Positions 34,296 through 43,806 of a stretch of 64,000 nucleotides of DNA are shown piece after piece. The DNA is from Bacteroidales bacterium. Its GTDB lineage: Bacteria > Bacteroidota > Bacteroidia > Bacteroidales > UBA7960. The stretch spans positions 594-64,593 of the forward strand of contig PWJC01000070.1 of NCBI GenBank assembly GCA_003560165.1, given 5' to 3'. Under the pieces are notes generated by a model. That model was not told the origin of the DNA, did not search any database, and saw only the letters and a program-made list of their open reading frames with translations. A program made the translations under genes and the position numbers. Numbering within the stretch: position 1 is the first letter of the stretch; every line of letters begins with the position of its first letter.

Positions 34296-37200
34296 CTACC
34301 TGATCAGCATCAGCGTCCCGCGGTGCTCCCTGGCCTCCCCGAAATGGTCCACATACGAAACATGATAAATATACCCCCCCTGTGGGGCATCCGAATCTGA
34401 GTAGGTTCCGCCCCAGCCCTCTTGTGGGTTGCTGGTGGAAAAAACCTCGCTGCCCCAGCGATTGTATATAGCGAGCCGGTAATTTTGGGGCACGATCCAG
34501 AAATCGGGCTTAAACTCACGGTTTGCCGGTATATCGCTTCCGGGCATGAAGGCATTGGGAATTATCTTTACCGCTTCGGTTTGCCACACAAGCAGTTCGG
34601 CCGGGTTGCTCTCCGCCGGTTGGGGAGCGCTTTCCGCATCGGCCACGGCTACATTCACCACCACCGATCCGTGTTCCAGGCTGGTGTTTACCAGGGTGGT
34701 CAGCTCCAGCAGCATGCTTTCGCCGGCCGGCAGGCCCAGGGGTTCCCATCCGACCATTCCGGCAGCCGGGTCGAAGGATGCATGGGGTTGGGCCGAAACA
34801 AACTCCAGGCCGAATGGCAGCAAATCGGTCACCACGATCCCCGGTGCGTGCGAAGGGCCGTCATTGGTCAGTCTGAGCCCGAACACCACTTCATTGCCAA
34901 CAGCCACCGGTTCGGCCGGGGCGTTTTTGACCATGCTCAGTACCGAACGGGTTTTGACCAGGGTTTCGACGCCAGCAAATGCCCTGCCGGGATCGGGGTC
35001 GTGGGTGTCACTGCCGGCCAGGGCCGAATTGTACAGCTTGCTGCCCCTCTCAACATCCGATCCCACCAGGCATAGCAGGTTCAGCACCACGCTGTCGCCC
35101 GCCGCCAGCAAACCAAGGTCCCAGTTGACCACCCCCTGGCCAGGAACACCGTTGTTGTCTGCACCCAGAAAAACCACTTTCCGGGGCAATGAATCCGCCA
35201 GCCAGACACCCCCGGCGTGGCTCGGACCATTATTGGTGACCACCAGGGTGTAACCGATTTCCTGCCCTGCAACCACCGGCGAAGGGGCAGCCGTCTTGAC
35301 AAGGGCCAGGTCGGCCCGTGTTTCCACTACCACGTCGACCGCAGTGCTCAGGGGGCCGGGATCGGGAACGCTGGTGGAGGAAGACAGGCTGATCTCCCTG
35401 GTCAGCACCGTCCCCTCCGGCAGCCCGGGATCGGTGATGCTGCTCAGCAGGATCTCAACGGAATCGCCCACCGACAAGCTCCCGTAAGTATAGGGGCTGA
35501 CCCATTCCTGCCAGACATTCCCGCCATCGGTGCTGTACAGCGGCTGCTGCAAGCCCTGGGGCAGATCGCCGGCCAATACCACATCCCTTGCCAGAGACGG
35601 GCCCAGGTTTTCCATATAAATGGTATGGTGCAGGATGTTCCCGGCATAAACCGTGTCGGGGTCGGCCGTCAATCCGATCTGCAGCCTGGCTTCGGCATTC
35701 ACCGTCAACCGGTGGTTGCCGGCATTGTTTGTGGTATCGGGGTCGTAGGTGACGGCCCGAACCAGGGCTTGGTTGACCAGTTCGCTGCCGCCGGGCAAAG
35801 CGGGGTCGGCCACGGCACGGAGCAGTATTGTAAAATGCTCGCCCGCCGGCAGTATGCCGTATTCGTAAGCGCCATCCCACCGGGACCAGCTGCTTCCGCC
35901 ATCGTTGCTGAACTCCGGGTTCAGAAGCCCGGCAGGGATGTCGTCCTCCACCCGTACACCCCTGGCATCGGAAGGACCGGTATTGCCGACCTCCATGTGA
36001 TAGATAACGGATTCTCCTGCGGTTACCGGCCCGGTTTCCCCGCTTTTGACAAGGATCAGGTCGGCCAGGGTTTCGACGCTGGTGATATGGGTGCCGGCAT
36101 TGTTGCCGGGAATGGGATCGGAAGTTGTGCTGCTTACACTGGCTTCATTTATAAGCTTATGCCCCTGCTCCAACCCGGTCACGGTCAGGGCGCGGAGGTA
36201 AATACGGAAGTCTTCTCCGGGGGGCAGCTCCCCGTAAATATAAGGCGAATTCCAGCCCATCCACTGATCTCCGCCGTCGGTATTGAAGGCCACCTCCACA
36301 AGCCCTGCGGGCATCAACTCAGCCACTTCCACTTCCTCTGCCAGCGAAGGCCCGTTATTGAACACTTCGATGATGTATACCAGTTCCTGCCCGGCTACCA
36401 CCAATTCCGGGCCCTCTTTGGTGATGGACAGGTCGCTCATGGGGGGCAAAACCAGGATGTTTTCCGAAACCAGGGTCAGGCCGGACACCACTTCATTGCT
36501 TATGCGGCATACATAGATCCCCTCCTCACCCGGCGAGAACGAAACGATCTCATATCCCGGCGAGGTGGCCCCGGGGATCTCTTCGCCGTTTCTGAGCCAC
36601 TGGTAAGAGTTGTACTGCCCCCCAACACTGACAGAGAGCTCCAGCGATTCGCCATAGGACAGGAAATGCTGTTCTTCTTCCCCTGTTTTTGCCTGGGGGA
36701 TATACCGGAAATCGCCCGGCATGCCGTAATGAGGCTCCAGAGCATCGAAATGGAAGCGGTTGTTTTCCAGCCTCAGGACCATTAAAGCCGGAAGTCCCGA
36801 CAAATCGGGCAGCCGGTCGAACCGGTTGTTGTGCAGGTGGAGCTGGGTCAGCCTGGCAAGTCCCGTTATTTCGTCCGGGACCGCGCCGGAAAGCAGGTTC
36901 CCGTTTACCCACAACGCTTCCAGATTGGCCAGCTGCCCCAGGGCGGCAGGCAGAGACCCCGACAATTGGTTGCCCTCCAGCCTGAGATTGGTCAGGGCGG
37001 GCAGCTTTCCGATCGCAGAAGGGATGGGGCCGCTCAGTTGGTTTTCCTGCAGGCGGATATAACGCAAATAGGGCATGTCGTTGATCTGGGGAGGGATGGG
37101 GCCGCTCAGCCGGTTCCCGTTAAGCCATAAGATCCTGAGGTTGTTCAGGTTGCCGATTTCATCAGGAATGTGGCCACTGAGTTGATTCTCATAAAGGTAG

Positions 37201-37649
37201 AGGTGGGTGAGCATGCCCAGCATACCAGTTTCCGAAGGGATGGGGCCATCCAGGACGTTGCGGCTGAGATCGAGTTCCATCAGCCGGCCGAGCTGTCCGA
37301 TCTGCGTGGGAATGGACCCGTCGAGCTGGTTGTTGCCCAGGTTCAGGATGCTCAGATCGGTCAGGTTCCCGATTTCGGTCGGAATGAAGCCGGACAGGTT
37401 GTTTGCGGGCAGGATGAGTTGCCGCACACGCCCACCCTGAACAAATACCCCATGCCAACTACTGTTTACATCAAACCGGCTCGCCTGGGTGTCCCATCCC
37501 TGGTTGTTGCTCCAGTTTTCGCCATTGGCAGCCTGGTAAAGGGCCATGAGGGCCTCAAAGTCTTCCTGGCTTACCTGCGGCATTGCCCTGTGGCAAACAA
37601 ATACAAAAAGAAGTGCGGACGCCAGCCCTGCGAAGAAGCCTTGTGGCAT
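34296..37649 (-). CDS. Large secreted surface protein: plant-type LRR domain, Ig-like segment, five DUF11 repeats, T9SS type-B C-terminal sorting domain
   Basis: Signal peptide from ATG 37649, with a TACTTTTG box 49 nt upstream. Eight 24-residue LxxLxLxxNxLSGxIPxxIG repeats plus 2 shorter ones. Five DUF11-like units (..NNGPSLA.., ..NTGPSDA.., ..NLGPSLA.., ..NNGPSHA.., ..NDGPSHA..). C-terminus IPNAFMPGSD...NREF...IYNRWGSEVF...GWGG...GGYIYHV is the gliding-motility/CHU_C type. Confidence 0.8.
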   Translation of the reverse strand: MPQGFFAGLASALLFVFVCHRAMPQVSQEDFEALMALYQAANGENWSNNQGWDTQASRFDVNSSWHGVFVQGGRVRQLILPANNLSGFIPTEIGNLTDLSILNLGNNQLDGSIPTQIGQLGRLMELDLSRNVLDGPIPSETGMLGMLTHLYLYENQLSGHIPDEIGNLNNLRILWLNGNRLSGPIPPQINDMPYLRYIRLQENQLSGPIPSAIGKLPALTNLRLEGNQLSGSLPAALGQLANLEALWVNGNLLSGAVPDEITGLARLTQLHLHNNRFDRLPDLSGLPALMVLRLENNRFHFDALEPHYGMPGDFRYIPQAKTGEEEQHFLSYGESLELSVSVGGQYNSYQWLRNGEEIPGATSPGYEIVSFSPGEEGIYVCRISNEVVSGLTLVSENILVLPPMSDLSITKEGPELVVAGQELVYIIEVFNNGPSLAEEVEVAELMPAGLVEVAFNTDGGDQWMGWNSPYIYGELPPGEDFRIYLRALTVTGLEQGHKLINEASVSSTTSDPIPGNNAGTHITSVETLADLILVKSGETGPVTAGESVIYHMEVGNTGPSDARGVRVEDDIPAGLLNPEFSNDGGSSWSRWDGAYEYGILPAGEHFTILLRAVADPALPGGSELVNQALVRAVTYDPDTTNNAGNHRLTVNAEARLQIGLTADPDTVYAGNILHHTIYMENLGPSLARDVVLAGDLPQGLQQPLYSTDGGNVWQEWVSPYTYGSLSVGDSVEILLSSITDPGLPEGTVLTREISLSSSTSVPDPGPLSTAVDVVVETRADLALVKTAAPSPVVAGQEIGYTLVVTNNGPSHAGGVWLADSLPRKVVFLGADNNGVPGQGVVNWDLGLLAAGDSVVLNLLCLVGSDVERGSKLYNSALAGSDTHDPDPGRAFAGVETLVKTRSVLSMVKNAPAEPVAVGNEVVFGLRLTNDGPSHAPGIVVTDLLPFGLEFVSAQPHASFDPAAGMVGWEPLGLPAGESMLLELTTLVNTSLEHGSVVVNVAVADAESAPQPAESNPAELLVWQTEAVKIIPNAFMPGSDIPANREFKPDFWIVPQNYRLAIYNRWGSEVFSTSNPQEGWGGTYSDSDAPQGGYIYHVSYVDHFGEAREHRGTLMLIR

Positions 37650-37697
37650 GGTATTCTGTTTGTTGAAGGCGGCAAGCCCGCCATGGCATTCGGGAAA

Positions 37698-37705
37698 CAA
37701 AAGTA
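37698..37705 (-). promoter_or_regulatory. Candidate Bacteroidota -7 promoter box (TAnnTTTG)
   Basis: Minus-strand TACTTTTG, 49 nt upstream of ATG 37649 (LRR protein). It lies inside the longer track ORF, which argues for the shorter start. Confidence 0.35.
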
Positions 37706-37929
37706 CAAAATGCCCCCCACAAAAACCCAAAAAACAGATGCCGGCCCAATTATTCGAACCGCAGGGTCTTTCTGCCGGGAACCCCTTCGCCCACCCCCAC
37801 CGGCCATGCTCCCGGCCAGACAGCCGATACTGTGTGCCTGCGAACACCTGGAAAAATGAGGTAAGTTTGGAATAAAAGAAAAATTTATGTAATTTGAATC
37901 AATTCATTTAAACCCCAAAAACCATTGCC

Positions 37930-38511
37930 ATGAAACACGAATTACCCAAACTGCCCTATTCGCCCGAAGCACTCGAACCCTACATTTCGAAAAAAACCAT
38001 CGAATACCACTACGGGAAGCACCATGCGACTTACGTAAAAAAGCTCAATGGCCTGATCCCCGGCACAGATTTTGAAGACGCCAGCCTCGAAGAGATCATC
38101 CTGAAGGCCGAAGGCGGCATCTTCAACAACGGGGCACAGGTGTGGAACCACAGCTTTTTCTGGGAAGGCTTTTCACCCAACGGGGGTGGCGAACCTCAGG
38201 GAGAACTGATGCAGGCCATAGAGGAAGCCTTTGGATCGTACGGCAAGTTCAAGGATGAATTCTCTGAGGCAGCCGCCACATTGTTTGGCTCGGGCTGGGC
38301 CTGGCTGGTCAAAAACAAGGAGGGGAAGCTGGAAATCGTCCAGACTGCCAATGCCGGGAACCCCCTGCGCTCGGGGCAGACACCGCTTCTCACCTGCGAT
38401 GTGTGGGAACACGCCTACTATCTTGATTACCAGAATCGCCGTCCCGAGTTCATTGAGGGCTTCTGGAAACTGGTCGATTGGCCCAAGGCGGCAGAGCGCT
38501 TCCGGGTCTGA
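37930..38511 (+). CDS. sodB: Superoxide dismutase (Fe/Mn family, Fe-type signature)
   Basis: LPKLPYSPEALEPYISKKTIEYHYGKHH, AQVWNHSFFW, DVWEHAYYLDYQNRR. Confidence 0.9.
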   Translation: MKHELPKLPYSPEALEPYISKKTIEYHYGKHHATYVKKLNGLIPGTDFEDASLEEIILKAEGGIFNNGAQVWNHSFFWEGFSPNGGGEPQGELMQAIEEAFGSYGKFKDEFSEAAATLFGSGWAWLVKNKEGKLEIVQTANAGNPLRSGQTPLLTCDVWEHAYYLDYQNRRPEFIEGFWKLVDWPKAAERFRV

Positions 38512-38597
38512 CTGCAGAATTCTCTGTATCACCCACTTAAAACAGCCAGGGGGGTGTTAAATTGTGTTAAACAATTGGGCCGACACGATTTCCCCCT

Positions 38598-38605
38598 TAC
38601 CTTTG
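38598..38605 (+). promoter_or_regulatory. Candidate Bacteroidota -7 promoter box (TAnnTTTG)
   Basis: TACCTTTG, 76 nt upstream of the kinase ATG at 38681. Confidence 0.3.
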
Positions 38606-38680
38606 TGTAGCTGCATGAGGCACCCCTGGCAGGGGCCATGCAGACCGGACTGTTTGGAAATCTTACTGCATTGCCGTTGA

Positions 38681-40297
38681 ATGAAAAAAAGGCTGATCAT
38701 ACTGGTGGTGGCGGCCATCACACTTTCGCTGCTCGGACTGCTGGGCATTCAGTTGTATTGGATCCGCAATGCCGTGGCCGTTAAAGAGATCAACTTTGAG
38801 CGGGGGGTAAGCGAGGCGGCCTCAAGGGCCATTTACAAATTCAACAAACAGGAGCTGGCCAGAAAAATGGTCGAGCAGCAAAACCGCAATCATCATCTGA
38901 AGCAGTTGAACCAGATGATCGATTCGCTGAACCGTTTTTACTACGATCAGATCTTTTCCAGACACTCCGAACAACTTCCTCAGGATGAGGCAGGCCAAAA
39001 CATCTTCTGGCAGGAGTTCGGTTTTCGGTTCGGCGAACAAAGAAATCCTGAGCAGGAGCCGGACACGCACGACACCAGCCTGGTAACCACCAACGGCATG
39101 GTCCCCGACCACAGCAGCGGTTACCTGCCCAGCCCCGATCCCGGCCTCGCTAACGATCCGTACACCACCTTTTACGAAAGGAGCCGGATCATCAACGACC
39201 TGTTCGAGGACTTGTTCTCCAACCGCTATACCTTCCAGGTATCCGACCAACGGAGCATTTCATCGCTTGACTCCCTGCTGTCTGGCGAGTTGCTCGCACA
39301 GGGGATCAACACTCCTTATGAATTCGGCGTATACAATCCGGTACATCACGTCCTGGTCGGGGAAAAAACAGGGCAGCACACCCAGGAGCTTCTCCAGAGC
39401 CAGTATGCCTTCCATTTGTTCCCAAACGAAATTTTCCAGAACCACGAATACCTTCTGCTGCATTTCCCGAGACAGGACAGGTATATCCTTTCGCAGATGA
39501 ACACCATGCTGGGGGCCTCCCTGATCCTGATCATGATCATCATCTCTTCCTTTGCCATCACCATCCTTACCGTGATCAGGCAAAAAAAGCTTTCGGTGAT
39601 GAAGAACGATTTTATCAACAACATGACCCACGAGCTGAAAACGCCGATTTCCACCATCTCTCTGGCCTGCCAGGCACTTCGCGACCAGGACATCAACAAG
39701 TCGGAAACCCTCTATGAAAGTTACATCAATGTGATCAATGAAGAAAACGAACGGTTGGGGCTTTTAACGGAAAAAGTATTGCAAACCGCCCTGATAGAAA
39801 AGGCCAGAATAAAACTCAACTTCAGCGGGATCAACCTACATGAACTCATTGAGGATGCCATTCAGAAGATCGGGCTGCAGGTGGGCGCCAAACAAGGCCG
39901 CATCACCACCGATCTGCGCGCAGCACACCCAACTGTTATGGCCGATAAGGTCCACCTGATCAATGTGTTCTCGAACCTGCTTGACAATGCCAACAAATAT
40001 TCACCCTACCAGCCCGAAATCAGGGTCAGTACCGAAAACAGCAGCAATGGGGTGACCGTGCACTTCGAAGACAAGGGAATTGGCATCAGCCGCAGCAATC
40101 AAAAGAAAATTTTTGATAACTTGTACAGGGTTTCCACAGGAAATATTCACGATGTGAAAGGTTTCGGCCTTGGCCTGAGTTACGTGAAAGCCATTGTCGA
40201 AAAACATGGGGGGCATATTTCCCTGGAAAGCGAACCAACTAAAGGATCCCGTTTCAGCGTATTCATTCCTTTCGGTCACAACGGGCATGAAGGCTGA
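38681..40297 (+). CDS. Sensor histidine kinase (membrane-anchored, HisKA + HATPase_c, RprX/PhoR-like)
   Basis: N-terminal TM, second TM around residue 280, H-box NNMTHELKTPISTISL, N-box LLDNANKYS, G-boxes EDKGIGI and GFGLGLSYV. Confidence 0.8.
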   Translation: MKKRLIILVVAAITLSLLGLLGIQLYWIRNAVAVKEINFERGVSEAASRAIYKFNKQELARKMVEQQNRNHHLKQLNQMIDSLNRFYYDQIFSRHSEQLPQDEAGQNIFWQEFGFRFGEQRNPEQEPDTHDTSLVTTNGMVPDHSSGYLPSPDPGLANDPYTTFYERSRIINDLFEDLFSNRYTFQVSDQRSISSLDSLLSGELLAQGINTPYEFGVYNPVHHVLVGEKTGQHTQELLQSQYAFHLFPNEIFQNHEYLLLHFPRQDRYILSQMNTMLGASLILIMIIISSFAITILTVIRQKKLSVMKNDFINNMTHELKTPISTISLACQALRDQDINKSETLYESYINVINEENERLGLLTEKVLQTALIEKARIKLNFSGINLHELIEDAIQKIGLQVGAKQGRITTDLRAAHPTVMADKVHLINVFSNLLDNANKYSPYQPEIRVSTENSSNGVTVHFEDKGIGISRSNQKKIFDNLYRVSTGNIHDVKGFGLGLSYVKAIVEKHGGHISLESEPTKGSRFSVFIPFGHNGHEG

Positions 40298-40322
40298 GGC
40301 CACACACCAACAACCCGAAAAC

Positions 40323-41036
40323 ATGGAACAGCCGAAAATCAGGATTCTGCTTGCCGAAGATGATCCCAACCTGGGCACCATACTGAAAGCATACCTCGAG
40401 GCCAAAGGCTATCCTACCACCCTTTGCACCGACGGCCAGAAAGCCCACGAAGCCTTTTTACGCGAGAATTACACTTTTTGTGTGCTGGACGTGATGATGC
40501 CGGTCAAGGACGGTTTTAGCCTGGCCAGGGACATCCGGAAGATCGACAAAAAAGTCCCCATTTTGTTCCTTACGGCCAAGAACATGCAGGAAGACATCCT
40601 GGAAGGTCTCAAGATCGGGGCAGACGATTACCTGACCAAGCCTTTCGCCATGGAGGAACTGCTGCTGAGGATCAATGCGATCTACCGCCGTACTTATTCA
40701 GAAAAACCCCTGGAGTCGGGAAAATCCTTTTTTCACCTTGGCAGATACACCTTCGATTACACCCGGCAGATTCTGAAAATCAAAGATAAGGAGCAGAAAT
40801 TGACCTCCAAGGAGGCCCAACTGCTCAAAATGTTGTGCGACAGGGTCGGCGATGTGCTGGATAGGTCCGAAGCCCTGAACAAGATATGGTTCGACGACAA
40901 TTACTTCAATGCCCGGAGCATGGACGTGTACATTGCCAAGCTGCGAAAATACCTGAAAGACGACCCCGACGTCGAATTGCTCAATGTGCACGGCATAGGC
41001 TTTAAATTGATTGTGCCCGGCGAAAATACCGGCTGA
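40323..41036 (+). CDS. OmpR/PhoB-type response regulator (RprY-like)
   Basis: MEQPKIRILLAEDDPNLG, phospho-acceptor VLDVMMP, winged-helix C-terminus (LTSKEAQLLKML...HGIGFKL). Alternative ATG at 40287 overlaps the kinase stop. Confidence 0.8.
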   Translation: MEQPKIRILLAEDDPNLGTILKAYLEAKGYPTTLCTDGQKAHEAFLRENYTFCVLDVMMPVKDGFSLARDIRKIDKKVPILFLTAKNMQEDILEGLKIGADDYLTKPFAMEELLLRINAIYRRTYSEKPLESGKSFFHLGRYTFDYTRQILKIKDKEQKLTSKEAQLLKMLCDRVGDVLDRSEALNKIWFDDNYFNARSMDVYIAKLRKYLKDDPDVELLNVHGIGFKLIVPGENTG

Positions 41037-41106
41037 TCCGGCCCCGGGCAAACAGCCCGAACTTTTTGGCCTCCCGCTTGTTTGTGTAAACAGATACTCA
41101 ACACCC

Positions 41107-42153
41107 ATGGAATATGGCACAAACATTCAGGGAGGACGTACAATGCCCGGCATCTACGACCTGAAAAAGATCTGGCATCCTGCCTTCTATCAGGGAAACC
41201 TTAGAAAACGCAGGTATTTCGAGGGATGGTACTTCAAACAGGTCGGTCCCGGCCTGGAGCACAGCCTGGCCGTCATTCCGGGCATATCCCTCACCGACAC
41301 CGACCACCACGCTTTTGTTCAGGTCATCAACGGCGAAAACGGGCAAACCTGGTATTTCAGATACCCCACCGATGCCTTCCGTTTTTCAAAAAAAAACTTT
41401 GCAGTGTCTGTAGCCGGCAATCATTTTTGGTCCGGGGGCATGGAACTCAATCTGGATTCCGGCAACAGCCGCATCAGCGGAAAGCTGCGCTTCAGAGAAC
41501 AAACCCCCTATCCGGCCACATTCAAAAGGCCGGGTATCATGGGCTGGTATCGCTACATGCCCATGATGGAATGCTACCACGGCCTGGTAAGCCTGGATCA
41601 CCGCATCGAGGGTGCCCTGGAACTGGATGGCAAAACGGCAGATTTTACCGGAGGCAGAGGCTATATCGAAAAAGACTGGGGGAGATCAATGCCCCTGTCA
41701 TGGATATGGATGCAAACCAATCATTTTAAGCAAGTCGCCACCTCAATGATGCTCTCGGTAGCAAGGATTCCCTGGATGGGAAGTTCCTTTACGGGCTTCC
41801 TGGGTTTCCTCTTATACGGGGGCAGGCTGATCACCTTTGCCACCCACACCGGAGCCAGAATCATCCGGCTTGAACACCACGGGCAACATACCGACATCCT
41901 GATACGAAGCAGGGATTTTCAGTTGTCTGTAAGGGGCATGCGAAAAGAGACGCCCGGGTCGAAAGGTTCGCTCAAGGCACCCAGTGAGGGCCTGATGCAA
42001 CGGATAATCCATGAAAGTTTGCGTGCCGAGATCGCTGTGGAGCTTTCCGACAAAAACGGCCGGGTTTTGTTTGAGGAGGTGGGGCGCAAGGCCGGACTGG
42101 AAATGGTCGGAGACATCTCCCTGCTGCGGCCCGGGGGCAGGCGGGATCACTGA
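41107..42153 (+). CDS. Tocopherol cyclase family (VTE1-like) protein of unknown substrate
   Basis: WHPAFYQGNLRKRRYFEGWYFKQV parallels plant VTE1 HSGYHFDG..RKFFEGWYF. GYIEKDWGRSMPLSWIWMQTNHF parallels [22 protein letters not shown]. Start is uncertain (ATG 41107 or 41143). Confidence 0.65.
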   Translation: MEYGTNIQGGRTMPGIYDLKKIWHPAFYQGNLRKRRYFEGWYFKQVGPGLEHSLAVIPGISLTDTDHHAFVQVINGENGQTWYFRYPTDAFRFSKKNFAVSVAGNHFWSGGMELNLDSGNSRISGKLRFREQTPYPATFKRPGIMGWYRYMPMMECYHGLVSLDHRIEGALELDGKTADFTGGRGYIEKDWGRSMPLSWIWMQTNHFKQVATSMMLSVARIPWMGSSFTGFLGFLLYGGRLITFATHTGARIIRLEHHGQHTDILIRSRDFQLSVRGMRKETPGSKGSLKAPSEGLMQRIIHESLRAEIAVELSDKNGRVLFEEVGRKAGLEMVGDISLLRPGGRRDH

Positions 42154-42208
42154 GCCCGGGTAACCCACGTAAATCGGCGGGTGGATTGTAAAAACCGGGC
42201 AGCTTTAT

Positions 42209-42216
42209 TATCTTTG
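42209..42216 (+). promoter_or_regulatory. Candidate Bacteroidota -7 promoter box (TAnnTTTG) of the suf operon
   Basis: TATCTTTG, 114 nt upstream of the sufB ATG at 42330. The leader contains two hairpins. Confidence 0.35.
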
Positions 42217-42329
42217 CATACCAATTTATACTTAATCTAAATAAGCGGCGCCGGCTTGTGAACAACCGGCAGGCTTTGCCGGCCAAAAGCCTGCAGAAAT
42301 ACTGTTTTATCGGGAAAACTGGCTATCCA

Positions 42330-43775
42330 ATGGCAGACAACAATAAGATACTGAAAGAGTTTACCGGTTCGGACTACAAATACGGATTCTATACCGATAT
42401 TGAGATGGACCAGGCCCCCCGGGGACTCAGCGAGGATACCATACGTTTTATATCGGCCAAAAAGAAGGAACCCGAATTCATGCTGGCGTTCAGGCTGGAG
42501 GCATTCCGGCACTGGAAAACATTGAAGGAGCCCCAGTGGGCCCATGTACAATTCCCACCCATCGACTACCAGGAGCTGATCTATTATTCGGCACCCCGTA
42601 AAAAGCCGAAATACGAAAGCATGAACGAGGTTGATCCGGAACTGTTGGAGACGTTCGAAAAACTGGGTATCCCCCTGAGCGAACAAAAACAACTGGCCGG
42701 TGTGGCAGTGGATGCGGTCATGGACAGCGTATCGGTGGGCTCCACCTTCAAGGAAACCCTTGCCAGGCAGGGCATTATCTTTTGCTCGTTCAGCGAGGCT
42801 GTGCACAAGCACCCCGAACTGATCAAAAAATACATGGGCAGCGTGGTTCCCCATACCGACAATTTTTTTGCAGCCCTCAATTCGGCGGTATTCAGCGACG
42901 GATCCTTCGCCTTCATCCCCAGGGGGGTTCGCTGCCCCCTCGAGCTGTCGACCTATTTCCGGATCAACGCAGCCAATACCGGGCAGTTCGAACGCACCCT
43001 GATCGTTGCCGAAGAAGATAGCTATGTCAGCTATATGGAGGGCTGTACGGCCCCCATACGAGACGAAAACCAACTGCATGCGGCCATTGTCGAAATCATC
43101 GCCCACAAAAACGCAGAGGTAAAGTACTCCACCGTTCAGAACTGGTGGCCCGGCGACAAATCCGGCAAGGGGGGGGTCTACAACTTTGTGACCAAAAGGG
43201 GGGTCTGCGAAGGCGATCATTCCAAAATATCGTGGACCCAGGTTGAGACCGGTTCGGCCATTACCTGGAAATACCCCAGCCTGGTGCTGAAGGGCGACCA
43301 CACAACGGGAGAGTTCTACTCTGTGGCCGTTACCAACAACATGCAACAGGCCGATACCGGCACCAAGATGATCCATCTTGGGAAAAACTCCCGCAGCACC
43401 ATCATCAGCAAGGGGATCTCGGCCGGACGCAGCAACAACAGCTACCGGGGGCTTGTCAAAACAACCCGAAAAGCCGAGAACGCCAGGAACTTTTCCCAGT
43501 GCGATTCCCTGCTGCTGGGAGATCAGTGCGGAGCACATACCTTCCCTTACGTGGAGGTAGGTAATCAGAGTTCCATTGTGGAACACGAGGCCACCACCAG
43601 CAAGATCTCCGAAGACCAGTTATTTTACTGCCTCCAGCGTGGCATCGATATGGAAGGGGCCATCGGCCTGATCGTGAACGGCTATGCCAAGGAGGTGCTC
43701 TCCAAACTGCCCATGGAGTTTGCCGTGGAGGCACAAAAACTCTTGTCTGTAAGCCTGGAAGGCAGCGTTGGTTAA
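42330..43775 (+). CDS. sufB: Fe-S cluster assembly scaffold SufB
   Basis: [25 protein letters not shown] start, conserved ...[14 protein letters not shown]...[16 protein letters not shown]...[25 protein letters not shown]. The track start at 42258 is a GTG extension. Confidence 0.9.
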   Translation: MADNNKILKEFTGSDYKYGFYTDIEMDQAPRGLSEDTIRFISAKKKEPEFMLAFRLEAFRHWKTLKEPQWAHVQFPPIDYQELIYYSAPRKKPKYESMNEVDPELLETFEKLGIPLSEQKQLAGVAVDAVMDSVSVGSTFKETLARQGIIFCSFSEAVHKHPELIKKYMGSVVPHTDNFFAALNSAVFSDGSFAFIPRGVRCPLELSTYFRINAANTGQFERTLIVAEEDSYVSYMEGCTAPIRDENQLHAAIVEIIAHKNAEVKYSTVQNWWPGDKSGKGGVYNFVTKRGVCEGDHSKISWTQVETGSAITWKYPSLVLKGDHTTGEFYSVAVTNNMQQADTGTKMIHLGKNSRSTIISKGISAGRSNNSYRGLVKTTRKAENARNFSQCDSLLLGDQCGAHTFPYVEVGNQSSIVEHEATTSKISEDQLFYCLQRGIDMEGAIGLIVNGYAKEVLSKLPMEFAVEAQKLLSVSLEGSVG

Positions 43776-43806
43776 TGATTGACAACTTAAAAAACACAGG
43801 AAACAG

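Noticed and set aside
35217-36785. 522-aa plus-strand ORF (and many smaller ones) inside the LRR/DUF11 gene
   Set aside because: It is antisense to a gene with coherent LRR, DUF11 and T9SS domain structure. Its translation is Gly/Pro/Arg-rich with no motifs.
42237-43586. 449-aa minus-strand ORF opposite sufB
   Set aside because: It is a shadow ORF. The plus strand encodes an unmistakable SufB.
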